64,000 nt of DNA, from positions 1,113,021 to 1,177,020 of the forward strand of contig CP070780.1 of the NCBI GenBank assembly GCA_020346285.1. The letters run 5' to 3'. This DNA comes from Candidatus Omnitrophota bacterium (lineage in GTDB: Bacteria; Omnitrophota; Gorgyraeia; JABMRN01; RBG-13-46-9). Shown here one piece after another: positions 54,956 to 63,316 of this stretch. The position numbers and the translations under genes were made by a program. Position 1 is the stretch's first letter. Each line of letters starts with the position of its first letter. The notes beneath the pieces are model-generated. The model saw nothing but the letters and a program-made list of their open reading frames with translations. It was not told where the DNA came from and ran no database searches.

Positions 54956-56397
54956 GAGTATGCCTTGTAAGAACCCCGTTTTTTAAACTTTTAGGCATAA
55001 AAAAGGTGCATTTTCCTTTAAGCATAGGTTACCTCGCCTCCTATCTTGAGAAAGGCGGCCATAACGTTAGCTTTGTAGACGGCGAAGCCATAGATTATAA
55101 CCTATACAGAGGATTATTATACAGAAGCCCTATAAATGAGATAGTTGTTTACGCAGACCCGTACTTTATACAGAGAAAAATTAATGTAGTCACGAAGATT
55201 ATGCAGGATAGAAACGCCAACGTATGGAATATATTAATCAAAAAAATATCGGAGACAAAACCCGACGTCGTAGGCATAAGCTGTTATACGGTAGATATGA
55301 CCGCTGCCAGTGTCCTGGCCGGCAGAATCAAAAAAGACTTGGGCAATATCCCGGTTGTTTTGGGAGGCATACATCCCACCTCTGACCCCCAGGGGACTTT
55401 AGAAGGGATTGAAGGTGCGGATTATGTCGTTGTTGGAGAAGGCGAGGAGAGTTTCTTAGCATTAATAAATAATATAGACAAAAAAGGCCGTTTGGATTTT
55501 CCTGTAAAGGGGATTCTTGCCAGAGGCAGAAATTATTTTGAACCGAGGCCGCTTATTGAAGATTTGGATTCAATCCCTTTCCCAAGAAGGGATTTTTACG
55601 ACAAATCAAATTATATTTTCGGCGCTGCACTTTTGACATCGAGAGGATGCGTATTCGAGTGCACATTTTGCGCTTCACATTTAACATGGACCCGAAAGGT
55701 AAGATATAGAAGCGTTGCTAACGTTATCGAAGAGTTAAAGGTTTTGAAAGCAAAATTTGACGTCAAGAGAATAAGGATACTTGACGATACGTTTGTCCTG
55801 AATAAAAAGTGGATTCTGGAATTCTGCGATGCCCTCAAGAAGAATAATCTGAAGTTCACCTTTAACTGCAGCGGCAGGATCAATACAGTAGATGAAGAGT
55901 TGCTGAGGGTTTTATCCGGAAGCGGGTTTGACTCGATAGCCTTCGGCGTAGAAAGCGGTAGCCCGCGCATCATACATAGCATAAAGAAAAATATAGATGT
56001 ATCCAGAGTCACTGATATTATAAAAATGGCTAATAGATTCAAGTTTGACACGACATCCTTTTATATGACGGGGCACCCCGGCGAGACATTGGAAGATATC
56101 AGAATGTCCGAAGAATTGTTTAAAAAATCAATGTCAAAACGCGGCGAATTGAGCATGCTGATTCCCTATCTGAAGACAGGGGTGGGCAATGAGGCCGAGA
56201 AAAAAGGGTTTAAATTTAAAATCAAAGATTGTTACAAGTTTTTTCACGCGCGAAACAGAGTGTTATTTAATATGACCAAATTGTCTGATAGGGAATTCTT
56301 GGCCGAACATAGGAGATTTGAAAAAATTATTAAGCGAAGAAATTATAAGACAGCATTTAAAAAGCTTTTGAAATTGGCTCTAAAATATTGTTTGTAA
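54952..56397 (+). CDS. B12-binding (class B) radical SAM protein
   Basis: The N-terminal domain has VVLGGIHPTSDP (GG.H.T). The radical SAM motif is TSRGCVFECTFCAS. Confidence 0.8.
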   Translation: MRVCLVRTPFFKLLGIKKVHFPLSIGYLASYLEKGGHNVSFVDGEAIDYNLYRGLLYRSPINEIVVYADPYFIQRKINVVTKIMQDRNANVWNILIKKISETKPDVVGISCYTVDMTAASVLAGRIKKDLGNIPVVLGGIHPTSDPQGTLEGIEGADYVVVGEGEESFLALINNIDKKGRLDFPVKGILARGRNYFEPRPLIEDLDSIPFPRRDFYDKSNYIFGAALLTSRGCVFECTFCASHLTWTRKVRYRSVANVIEELKVLKAKFDVKRIRILDDTFVLNKKWILEFCDALKKNNLKFTFNCSGRINTVDEELLRVLSGSGFDSIAFGVESGSPRIIHSIKKNIDVSRVTDIIKMANRFKFDTTSFYMTGHPGETLEDIRMSEELFKKSMSKRGELSMLIPYLKTGVGNEAEKKGFKFKIKDCYKFFHARNRVLFNMTKLSDREFLAEHRRFEKIIKRRNYKTAFKKLLKLALKYCL

Positions 56398-56421
56398 AGC
56401 CATAAAGGATTTACTAAAGAA

Positions 56422-57423
56422 ATGAATGGTCAGTTTTTTTGGTTAAATTGTTCTCAGAAGGATATCTGGAAAAAGTGGCTCTTAAAACTACCGCATGAGA
56501 AAAGAGACATTTATTATGAGCCGGACTATGTCGGGCTCTATGCAGAAGGCACGAGGAGCAGTGCGGACTGTTATATATATGCAAGAAAAGATAATATTTA
56601 TATTTATCCTTTTATAGTGCGCCCTATTCCTCAAATTGTCGGATATTTCGATATCTCCACCTCCTACGGATACGGTGGGCCTATCTTTAATACCGAAGAT
56701 CCTGTTTTTTTGAATCAAGCGTATCAATGTTTTTACCAGGAGGCTTTAAGACGAAACATAATAGCCGAAATAGTTAAGTTCCACCCTTTATTATGTAATC
56801 ATCCGCCGCTTGCAAATATTTTCAAAGGTAATATTATGAAAATGTGTTCTACTGTTTATGTGGATATAAATGTCGATGAAGGCTGCAGATGGAGAAATAT
56901 ATATACCCATGCAAATAGGAAAAATATAAATAAAGCTAAACGAAATAATATTGAGGTTAAGATCGATCAGAGCGAAGAAGCTTGGCAGGCTTTTAAATTT
57001 CTGTATGAGGCTACTCTGAGCGTAAATAAAGCCGATAAATTTTACTTTTTTTCACCTAAATATTTTGAAGGTATACAAGAACATCTTGCCGATAATTATC
57101 TCTTAGTTTCATGCGCAATTGAGGGAAAGATAATATCAGTGATGCTGGTGCTTCTTGGCACAGTTTATGCCCATTGCCACTTAATCGGCACCCAGAGGGA
57201 GCTTATGACTATGGGGGTTAATAATTTACTTCATCATGAACTTATTTTATGGTGTAAAAAGAATGGATATAAAGAGCTTCATATTGGCGGAGGGCGAAGC
57301 GACAGCGACGATGATTCGCTGCTCAGGTTTAAGAAGAATTTTTCAGATAAGACTTCTGCTTTATATGTAGGAGAATCTGTTTTGAATTACGAAATATACA
57401 ATAAGTTATACAGGAAACGATAG
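56422..57423 (+). CDS. FemAB-like / GNAT-fold acyl- or aminoacyl-transferase family protein
   Basis: 333 aa with a two-lobed architecture. The N-terminal lobe has YGYGGPIF, and the C-terminal lobe has a GNAT-like core (LVSCAIEGKIISVMLVLLGTVYAHCHLIGT..). The assignment is moderate. Confidence 0.45.
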   Translation: MNGQFFWLNCSQKDIWKKWLLKLPHEKRDIYYEPDYVGLYAEGTRSSADCYIYARKDNIYIYPFIVRPIPQIVGYFDISTSYGYGGPIFNTEDPVFLNQAYQCFYQEALRRNIIAEIVKFHPLLCNHPPLANIFKGNIMKMCSTVYVDINVDEGCRWRNIYTHANRKNINKAKRNNIEVKIDQSEEAWQAFKFLYEATLSVNKADKFYFFSPKYFEGIQEHLADNYLLVSCAIEGKIISVMLVLLGTVYAHCHLIGTQRELMTMGVNNLLHHELILWCKKNGYKELHIGGGRSDSDDDSLLRFKKNFSDKTSALYVGESVLNYEIYNKLYRKR

Positions 57424-57426
57424 GCC

Positions 57427-58359
57427 TTGATGATGATTGTTGAAAAAAAACAAAAAGATATAGAACGGTATGTTTTTAATTGGTCTTATTTTAACTCAGC
57501 AAGAGAAGGCTTTAGGCATATACTGGAAACCGAGGGACTAAACGGCAGGAAAATATTAGTTCCTCTTTACGTAGGATATAGTACGAAGGAAGGGTCTGGT
57601 GTTTTTGAACCGATAAGAGAAGCTAAAATGCAGTATGTTTTTTATAATCTGGATGGATGCCTCAATATTAATCTGGAAGATTTGAAGAGAAAAATTAAGG
57701 AAAATCAAAACAATGTTTTATTAATAATACACTATTTCGGATTTACAGATGGAAACCTAAAGAAAATAAAACAATATGCCAAGGAACACGGTATGATAAT
57801 TATTGAAGATTTTGCCCAGGCTTTTTTTACATTTTGGTTAAATCCCATAATTGATTTTGATTATGGTATATTCTCTATACATAAATTGTTTCCTGTAGAT
57901 TCAGGAGGCATGGTAATCGGTAGAAAAAAAATAAAGAGCAGCATTAATAACGGCAATATTAAGTATAATTTATTTAACTATAACATTAAAGAGATAATAC
58001 AAAGACGTATAGAAAATTATAAGTATATCTTGTACAGGATTAAAAAAATGACCGGCTTATATAAAATCACTGTTCTCAAAGAAAAATTGCAGGGGGTTGT
58101 CCCCCATAGTTTTCCGATTTTACTTCCCGACCGTAATATTAGGGATCAGTTGTATTTTCAAATGAATGAAGAAGGTTATGGAGTGATAAGCTTATATCAT
58201 ACATTAATAGATGAAATAGAGAGTCCTTTTACCATTGAGCATAAAATTTCAAGCAGGATATTAAACCTTCCTGTTCATCAGGATGCTGAAAAAGAGGACT
58301 TGGGCAATATGATCGATAGGATGTTTACGATTATCAATGACTATAATAAAAATGTATAG
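57427..58359 (+). CDS. DegT-like PLP-dependent enzyme (aminotransferase/dehydratase fold), N-terminally short
   Basis: GRKILVPLYVGYS...; LIIHYFGFTDGNLKKIKQYAKEHGMIIIEDFAQA...IDFDYGIFSIHKLFPVDSGGMVI follows the DegT core order, including the candidate PLP lysine (SIHK). It lacks the first approximately 50 aa of typical members. Confidence 0.45.
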   Translation: MMMIVEKKQKDIERYVFNWSYFNSAREGFRHILETEGLNGRKILVPLYVGYSTKEGSGVFEPIREAKMQYVFYNLDGCLNINLEDLKRKIKENQNNVLLIIHYFGFTDGNLKKIKQYAKEHGMIIIEDFAQAFFTFWLNPIIDFDYGIFSIHKLFPVDSGGMVIGRKKIKSSINNGNIKYNLFNYNIKEIIQRRIENYKYILYRIKKMTGLYKITVLKEKLQGVVPHSFPILLPDRNIRDQLYFQMNEEGYGVISLYHTLIDEIESPFTIEHKISSRILNLPVHQDAEKEDLGNMIDRMFTIINDYNKNV

Positions 58360-58380
58360 AGAGGGCTTAGAGAATAAAAT

Positions 58381-59061
58381 ATGACCTGGGATGATATCTG
58401 GGAAAAGGTATTTCAAGAGAATGAATGGGGCAGATATCCGGATGAGGGTCTTATCAGGTTTATCGCGAGAAATTTTTTCCAGAGAACAGATAGAGGAAAT
58501 ATCAATATATTGGAAGTTGGATGCGGTCCGGGACCTAATATCTGGTATCTTTCGAGAGAAGGCTTTGACGCTTATGGAATTGACGGCTCTACCAGTGCTA
58601 TTGAAAAGGCAAAAGGGAGGTTGGGCGAAGAGGGTTTAAAAGCATATCTAAGGATAGGGGATATAATAAGCTTACCATATAAAGATAATTTTTTTGACGC
58701 GGTTATAGATATTGAGTGTCTATACAGTAATTCGAGGGAGGATACAAAAACCATTCTCGGAGAGATAAAACGCGTATTAAAGAAAGACGGTTTATTCTAT
58801 AGCAGAACCCTTACGGATGAGATGTATTTAGGAAAAACGCAGACTAAAGTAGGTCATCTGGAGTACAAAAACATATCTGACGGGCCGATAGCTGGAAAAG
58901 GATTTGCAAGACTTATGGATAAGGTAGAAATATCGAATTTATATGGATCTTTTTTCGATATAATATCAGTTGATAAACTCGAATATACCAAAAATAACGG
59001 TTCAATGAAGATTAACGAGTGGATTATTGTTTGCCAAAATAGTCGAAAAAATAGAAAATGA
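58381..59061 (+). CDS. class I SAM-dependent methyltransferase
   Basis: Motif I is NILEVGCGPGPNIWYLSREGFDAYGIDGS. Motif II is FDAVIDIECL. Motif III is LKKDGLFY. Confidence 0.8.
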   Translation: MTWDDIWEKVFQENEWGRYPDEGLIRFIARNFFQRTDRGNINILEVGCGPGPNIWYLSREGFDAYGIDGSTSAIEKAKGRLGEEGLKAYLRIGDIISLPYKDNFFDAVIDIECLYSNSREDTKTILGEIKRVLKKDGLFYSRTLTDEMYLGKTQTKVGHLEYKNISDGPIAGKGFARLMDKVEISNLYGSFFDIISVDKLEYTKNNGSMKINEWIIVCQNSRKNRK

Positions 59062-60062
59062 ATAGAATTTTTATAATAGCGGAAGCGGGTATTAATCATA
59101 ACGGAAGCATTGTAAATGCAAAGAAAATGATAGATGGGGCGTCCGAGGCCGGCGTAGATGCAGTAAAATTTCAGACCTTTAAGGCGGAGAAGGAGATAAG
59201 TAAATATGCGCCCAAGGTTGAATACCAGAAAAGAACTACTGGCGCTGAAGAATCTCAGCTTGATATGGCTAAGAGATTTGAATTAAAGCAGAGCCAGTTT
59301 AAAGAGCTTTATAATTACTGTAAAGAGAAAAGAATTATTTTTTTATCCTCCCCATCCGATTTAGAGAGTATAGATTTTTTAATAGAACTTGAGCTCGATA
59401 CTTTAAAAATTCCTTCAGGAGAAATAACCAATCTGCCCTTTTTAAGGAAGATAGGAAGTTTAGGAAAGAAAGTTATAATGTCAACTGGGATGGCAGATTT
59501 AGAAGAGATAAAAGATGCTTTAGATATTTTAACCGAGGCAGGAACTCCCAAAAAAAATATAACTATTTTACATTGCAATACAGAGTATCCCACTTCTATG
59601 GAGGACGTAAATCTCTTAGCTATGCTTACAATTAGAGATACTTTTAAAGTAGAAGTTGGATATTCTGACCATACACTTGGAATAGAAGTTCCAATTGCAG
59701 CCGTGGCTTTGGGGGCAGCTATTATAGAAAAGCATTTTACACTCGATAGAAACATGGAAGGACCCGATCATAAAGCATCTTTAGAACTCGATGAACTAAA
59801 AGCTATGGTGAAGGCAATAAGAAATATAGAGAAAACTCTCGGCAATGGGATTAAAAAGCCTTCACCTTCAGAGATTAAAAACATAATACTAGTTCGTAAA
59901 AGCATAGTAGCAACAAGACCTATCAAAGAAGGAGAGATTTTTACAGTGAAAAACATTACAACTAAAAGACCGGCAACAGGAATAAGTCCAATGGAGTGGG
60001 ATAAACTACTTGGGACAACTGCCAAAAGAGATTTTAAGAAAGATGAGGTAGTGGAGTTATGA
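59058..60062 (+). CDS. NeuB-family nonulosonic acid synthase with C-terminal SAF domain (NeuB/LegI/PseI-like)
   Basis: IFIIAEAGINHNGSIVNAKKMIDGASEAGVDAVKFQTF; YSDHTLGIEVPIAAVALGAAIIEKHFTLDR; the C-terminal SAF domain begins KSIVATRPIKEGEIFTVKNITTKRP. Confidence 0.85.
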   Translation: MNRIFIIAEAGINHNGSIVNAKKMIDGASEAGVDAVKFQTFKAEKEISKYAPKVEYQKRTTGAEESQLDMAKRFELKQSQFKELYNYCKEKRIIFLSSPSDLESIDFLIELELDTLKIPSGEITNLPFLRKIGSLGKKVIMSTGMADLEEIKDALDILTEAGTPKKNITILHCNTEYPTSMEDVNLLAMLTIRDTFKVEVGYSDHTLGIEVPIAAVALGAAIIEKHFTLDRNMEGPDHKASLELDELKAMVKAIRNIEKTLGNGIKKPSPSEIKNIILVRKSIVATRPIKEGEIFTVKNITTKRPATGISPMEWDKLLGTTAKRDFKKDEVVEL

Positions 60063-61234
60063 AAAGAAAGGTTTGTATTGTTACAAGCTCAAGAGCAGAA
60101 TATGGTCTTTTAAGACCATTACTTGAAGAAATCGCAAATGATAAAAATTTAACTTTACAACTAATAGTTACCGGGATGCATTTATCACCTGAATTTGGAT
60201 TAACTTATAGAGAAATAGAAAAAGATGGTTTTGCCGTTGATGAAAAAATAGAAATTTTATTAAGTTCGGATACCCCCGCCAGTATTTCAAAATCTATGGG
60301 TCTGGCAATGATAAGTTTTTCCGAAGCTTATGGAAGGCTGAAATCAGATATTATTGTTGTACTCGGTGATAGATTCGAATTCCTTAGTGCGGTTGCAGCA
60401 GCTCTTATAAGCAGGATTCCTGTTGCCCATATTGCTGGTGGCGAAGTTACCGAGGCTGCTTTTGACGATTCTATCCGCCATTCTATAACCAAAATGAGTC
60501 ATTTGCATTTTACTATTATAGAAGATTATAGAAAAAGAGTTATTCAATTAGGAGAAGATCCCCAAAGGGTTTTTAATGTAGGTGCACTGGGAATAGATAA
60601 TATAAAAAAATTAAAGCTCTTTTCTAGAGAAGCTTTGGAAAAGGAGTTAAATTTTAAATTCAATAAACACAATTTGTTAGTTACTTTTCATCCTGTGACA
60701 TTGGAAAATAATACTTCCCCGCAGCAGTTCAAAGATTTACTTAGTGCATTAGAAAACCTGGAGGATACATTTATCATTTTTACTAAAGCAAATGCGGATC
60801 CAGGGGGAAGAATAATTAATAAAATGATCGATACCTATGTATCAAAAAATTGTAGTAAATCTGCGGCCTTTACTTCCTTGGGACATTTAAAATATTTATC
60901 AATACTGCAATTTGTCGATGCTGTAGTCGGGAATTCATCAAGTGGGATTGTAGAAGCTCCTAGCTTTAAGATGGGTACTATCAACATTGGTGGCAGACAG
61001 AAGGGAAGAGTAGAGCCTAAAAGTATAATTGATTGCCAACCCACAAAAGAATCAATTATCAAAGCCTTTGAAAAATTGTATTCTAAGGAATTTCAGAGAA
61101 GTCTCAAGAAGGTTGTCAATCCTTACGGCGATGGTAATGCTGCAAAAAGAATTAAAAATATACTAAAAAACTATGACATCAATAATATCTTAAAAAAGCC
61201 CTTCTTTGATATAGATTTTGGGTATAGGAGATAG
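60059..61234 (+). CDS. hydrolysing UDP/GDP-N-acetylhexosamine 2-epimerase (NeuC/LegG family)
   Basis: KVCIVTSSRAEYGLLRPLLEEI; VVLGDRFEFLSAVAAALISRIPVAHIAGGEVTEAAFDDSIRHSITKMSHLHF is the conserved NeuC core. Confidence 0.85.
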   Translation: MKRKVCIVTSSRAEYGLLRPLLEEIANDKNLTLQLIVTGMHLSPEFGLTYREIEKDGFAVDEKIEILLSSDTPASISKSMGLAMISFSEAYGRLKSDIIVVLGDRFEFLSAVAAALISRIPVAHIAGGEVTEAAFDDSIRHSITKMSHLHFTIIEDYRKRVIQLGEDPQRVFNVGALGIDNIKKLKLFSREALEKELNFKFNKHNLLVTFHPVTLENNTSPQQFKDLLSALENLEDTFIIFTKANADPGGRIINKMIDTYVSKNCSKSAAFTSLGHLKYLSILQFVDAVVGNSSSGIVEAPSFKMGTINIGGRQKGRVEPKSIIDCQPTKESIIKAFEKLYSKEFQRSLKKVVNPYGDGNAAKRIKNILKNYDINNILKKPFFDIDFGYRR

Positions 61235-61255
61235 ACATGTTGCAGAAAATGAAAA

Positions 61256-62494
61256 ATGATAGATCGTTTAAAGAGGGTTTGTTTGAAAGAAATTGATATA
61301 GATTATAATGGGCTGTTTAGACACCTCGAAGATTTAAGGAAAGTTTTGCTTGTTACGACTGGCAGGACTGGCTCAGATTTTTTTCAAAGTCTTTTAGACG
61401 GTCATTCGGAAATTTTGCAGTTTACAGGTATGTGGAAGCATCATTGGTGGTGGAAGCAAGCGAAATGCAAAGAAAATTTACCAGACTTAATTAATGAATT
61501 TATCTGGTATACATGTAGTTTTACTTTTTGTAATCATATTGCAAAATTTAAGTCTTGCTATAATAAGCAGGAACGCTGGGGTCAACTGGGAGCTAATAAA
61601 AACGAATCTTTCGAAGTAGATATGGACACCTTTAAGAATCATATGTTGAACATCTTAACCGATAAGGAGTCGAATAGTAAAAATTTCTTTTTAGCAGTTA
61701 ATTTGGCTTACGGTCTTACTACAGGAGTTGACATTAAGAAAACAAAAATAATTTTTTATCACATTCACCATTTCGAGAGATTGAAAGATTTTAAGGAAGA
61801 TTTCCCAGATTTTGACATAATTTGCACAGTAAGAGAACCACGGAATACTTTGGTCTCAGGCATAGAGCATTGGAAAAAATATGATATTAACACATATAAT
61901 TCCAGGTTTTTCTATCAGCTTTTAAAGAGAATTTTTGAAGAGTCTGAACCAATACTGCAAGATACGGGAAACATCAAGACCTTAAAATTGGAAGACTTAC
62001 ATTTATTCTCTAAAGAAACGCTAAGTGAATTTTGTCAGATGTATAATTTGGAGCTTGAGAACTGCATGTTCGAATCTTCTTATCACGGCAAAAAATGGTG
62101 GGGTGATGTTTTATCCGGCAAATATTTAGATGGCTTTAACAAAGATATTAATGAGCGGAAATGGAGAGATAAATTATTTTTTTATGACAATCTTCTAATA
62201 GAATTTATTTTGGAAGATAGATTAAGACATTATGGATATTTTATTGAGAATAAAATATCAAGAATATATTTAATCCTCATTTGGTTTTTAGTCTTTTTGC
62301 CAATGAAATATGAATTAAAGATTTTGGCTTACAATTTCAGAAGTAATAGAACCGCAAACGCCAAACTTTTAGTATTATGCAAGGGCTGGGGGTTTTATAT
62401 ACTGAGAATTCTGCTATATTTTAAATTTATTTTGAAAAAAGTTACTAAAAAAATTTTCTTGGCAGATTTTTTTATTCAAGAAAAATATCGTTAA
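61256..62494 (+). CDS. hypothetical protein with sulfotransferase-like P-loop and hydrophobic C-terminus
   Basis: VLLVTTGRTGSDFF resembles the 5'-PSB P-loop. TVREPRNTLVSGIEHW resembles the 3'-PB motif. The C-terminal approximately 60 aa are hydrophobic (ISRIYLILIWFLVFLPM...ILRILLYF). This is a weak assignment. Confidence 0.35.
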   Translation: MIDRLKRVCLKEIDIDYNGLFRHLEDLRKVLLVTTGRTGSDFFQSLLDGHSEILQFTGMWKHHWWWKQAKCKENLPDLINEFIWYTCSFTFCNHIAKFKSCYNKQERWGQLGANKNESFEVDMDTFKNHMLNILTDKESNSKNFFLAVNLAYGLTTGVDIKKTKIIFYHIHHFERLKDFKEDFPDFDIICTVREPRNTLVSGIEHWKKYDINTYNSRFFYQLLKRIFEESEPILQDTGNIKTLKLEDLHLFSKETLSEFCQMYNLELENCMFESSYHGKKWWGDVLSGKYLDGFNKDINERKWRDKLFFYDNLLIEFILEDRLRHYGYFIENKISRIYLILIWFLVFLPMKYELKILAYNFRSNRTANAKLLVLCKGWGFYILRILLYFKFILKKVTKKIFLADFFIQEKYR

Positions 62495-62530
62495 TAAAGA
62501 TAGGTTGACTAACTTTTAGAGAAGGTAGAT

Positions 62531-63316
62531 ATGAAAGCAATTATTATTGCTGCGGGAATGGGTTCGCGACTGGATCCTTTAACCAATGATGCGCCTAAAT
62601 GTATGTTAGAATTAAACGGCAAGACTTTACTCCAGCATCAGATTGAGGCATTGAGGGGTGCTGGCATAAATAGAATATCTGTAATTAAAGGATATAAAAA
62701 AGAGATGATAGACTATCCTGATTTGGTTTATTATTTCAATGACGATTATCAAGATAATAATATACTGCACTCCTTATTTTATGCAAAAGAAGAAATGAAT
62801 GATGAATTTATAGCCGCTTATTCAGATATCCTTTATAGTAGAGAGATAGTAGAGAGATTGCTTGATAGTAAAGAAGATATCTCAATAGTAGTCGACATAG
62901 ACTGGCGTGGATATTATGAAGGTAGAACAGATCATCCAATTGAAGAAGCAGAAAACGTCATTTTTGATGCTGATAATAATGTGGTTAAGATTGGTAAAAT
63001 TTTACCCGATAAAGATGCTGTTCACGGTGAATTCATTGGTATGATGAAGTGTTCAAAGAAAGGCGCGCTTATTTTTAGGAAATATTTTAACCAGCTAAAA
63101 AAGCGTTATGCCGGAAAGCCTTTTCAGAGGGCTTCTGTATTTAAAAGGGCATATTTGACCGATATTTTTCAGGATATGGCTGATTCCGGTATTAAAATCG
63201 GCTGTGTAATTATTGAAAGGGGCTGGATAGAGATAGATACTATTCAAGATTTTAAGAGGGCCGAAAAGGAATTTTCCAAGAAAGAAGAGGTATTTTTTAA
63301 AAATGAAAAACAATAA
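62531..63316 (+). CDS. LicC-family nucleotidyltransferase (CTP:phosphocholine-type cytidylyltransferase fold)
   Basis: MKAIIIAAGMGSRLDPLTNDAPKCMLELNGKTLLQHQIEALRGAGINRISVIKGYKKEMIDYPDLVYYFNDDYQDNNILHSLFYAKEEM is co-linear with S. pneumoniae LicC (MKAIILAAGLGTRLRPMTENTPKALVQVN.KPLIEYQIEFLKEKGI.DIIIIVGYLKEQFDYL...VFNDKYADYNNFYSLYLVKEEL). Confidence 0.65.
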   Translation: MKAIIIAAGMGSRLDPLTNDAPKCMLELNGKTLLQHQIEALRGAGINRISVIKGYKKEMIDYPDLVYYFNDDYQDNNILHSLFYAKEEMNDEFIAAYSDILYSREIVERLLDSKEDISIVVDIDWRGYYEGRTDHPIEEAENVIFDADNNVVKIGKILPDKDAVHGEFIGMMKCSKKGALIFRKYFNQLKKRYAGKPFQRASVFKRAYLTDIFQDMADSGIKIGCVIIERGWIEIDTIQDFKRAEKEFSKKEEVFFKNEKQ

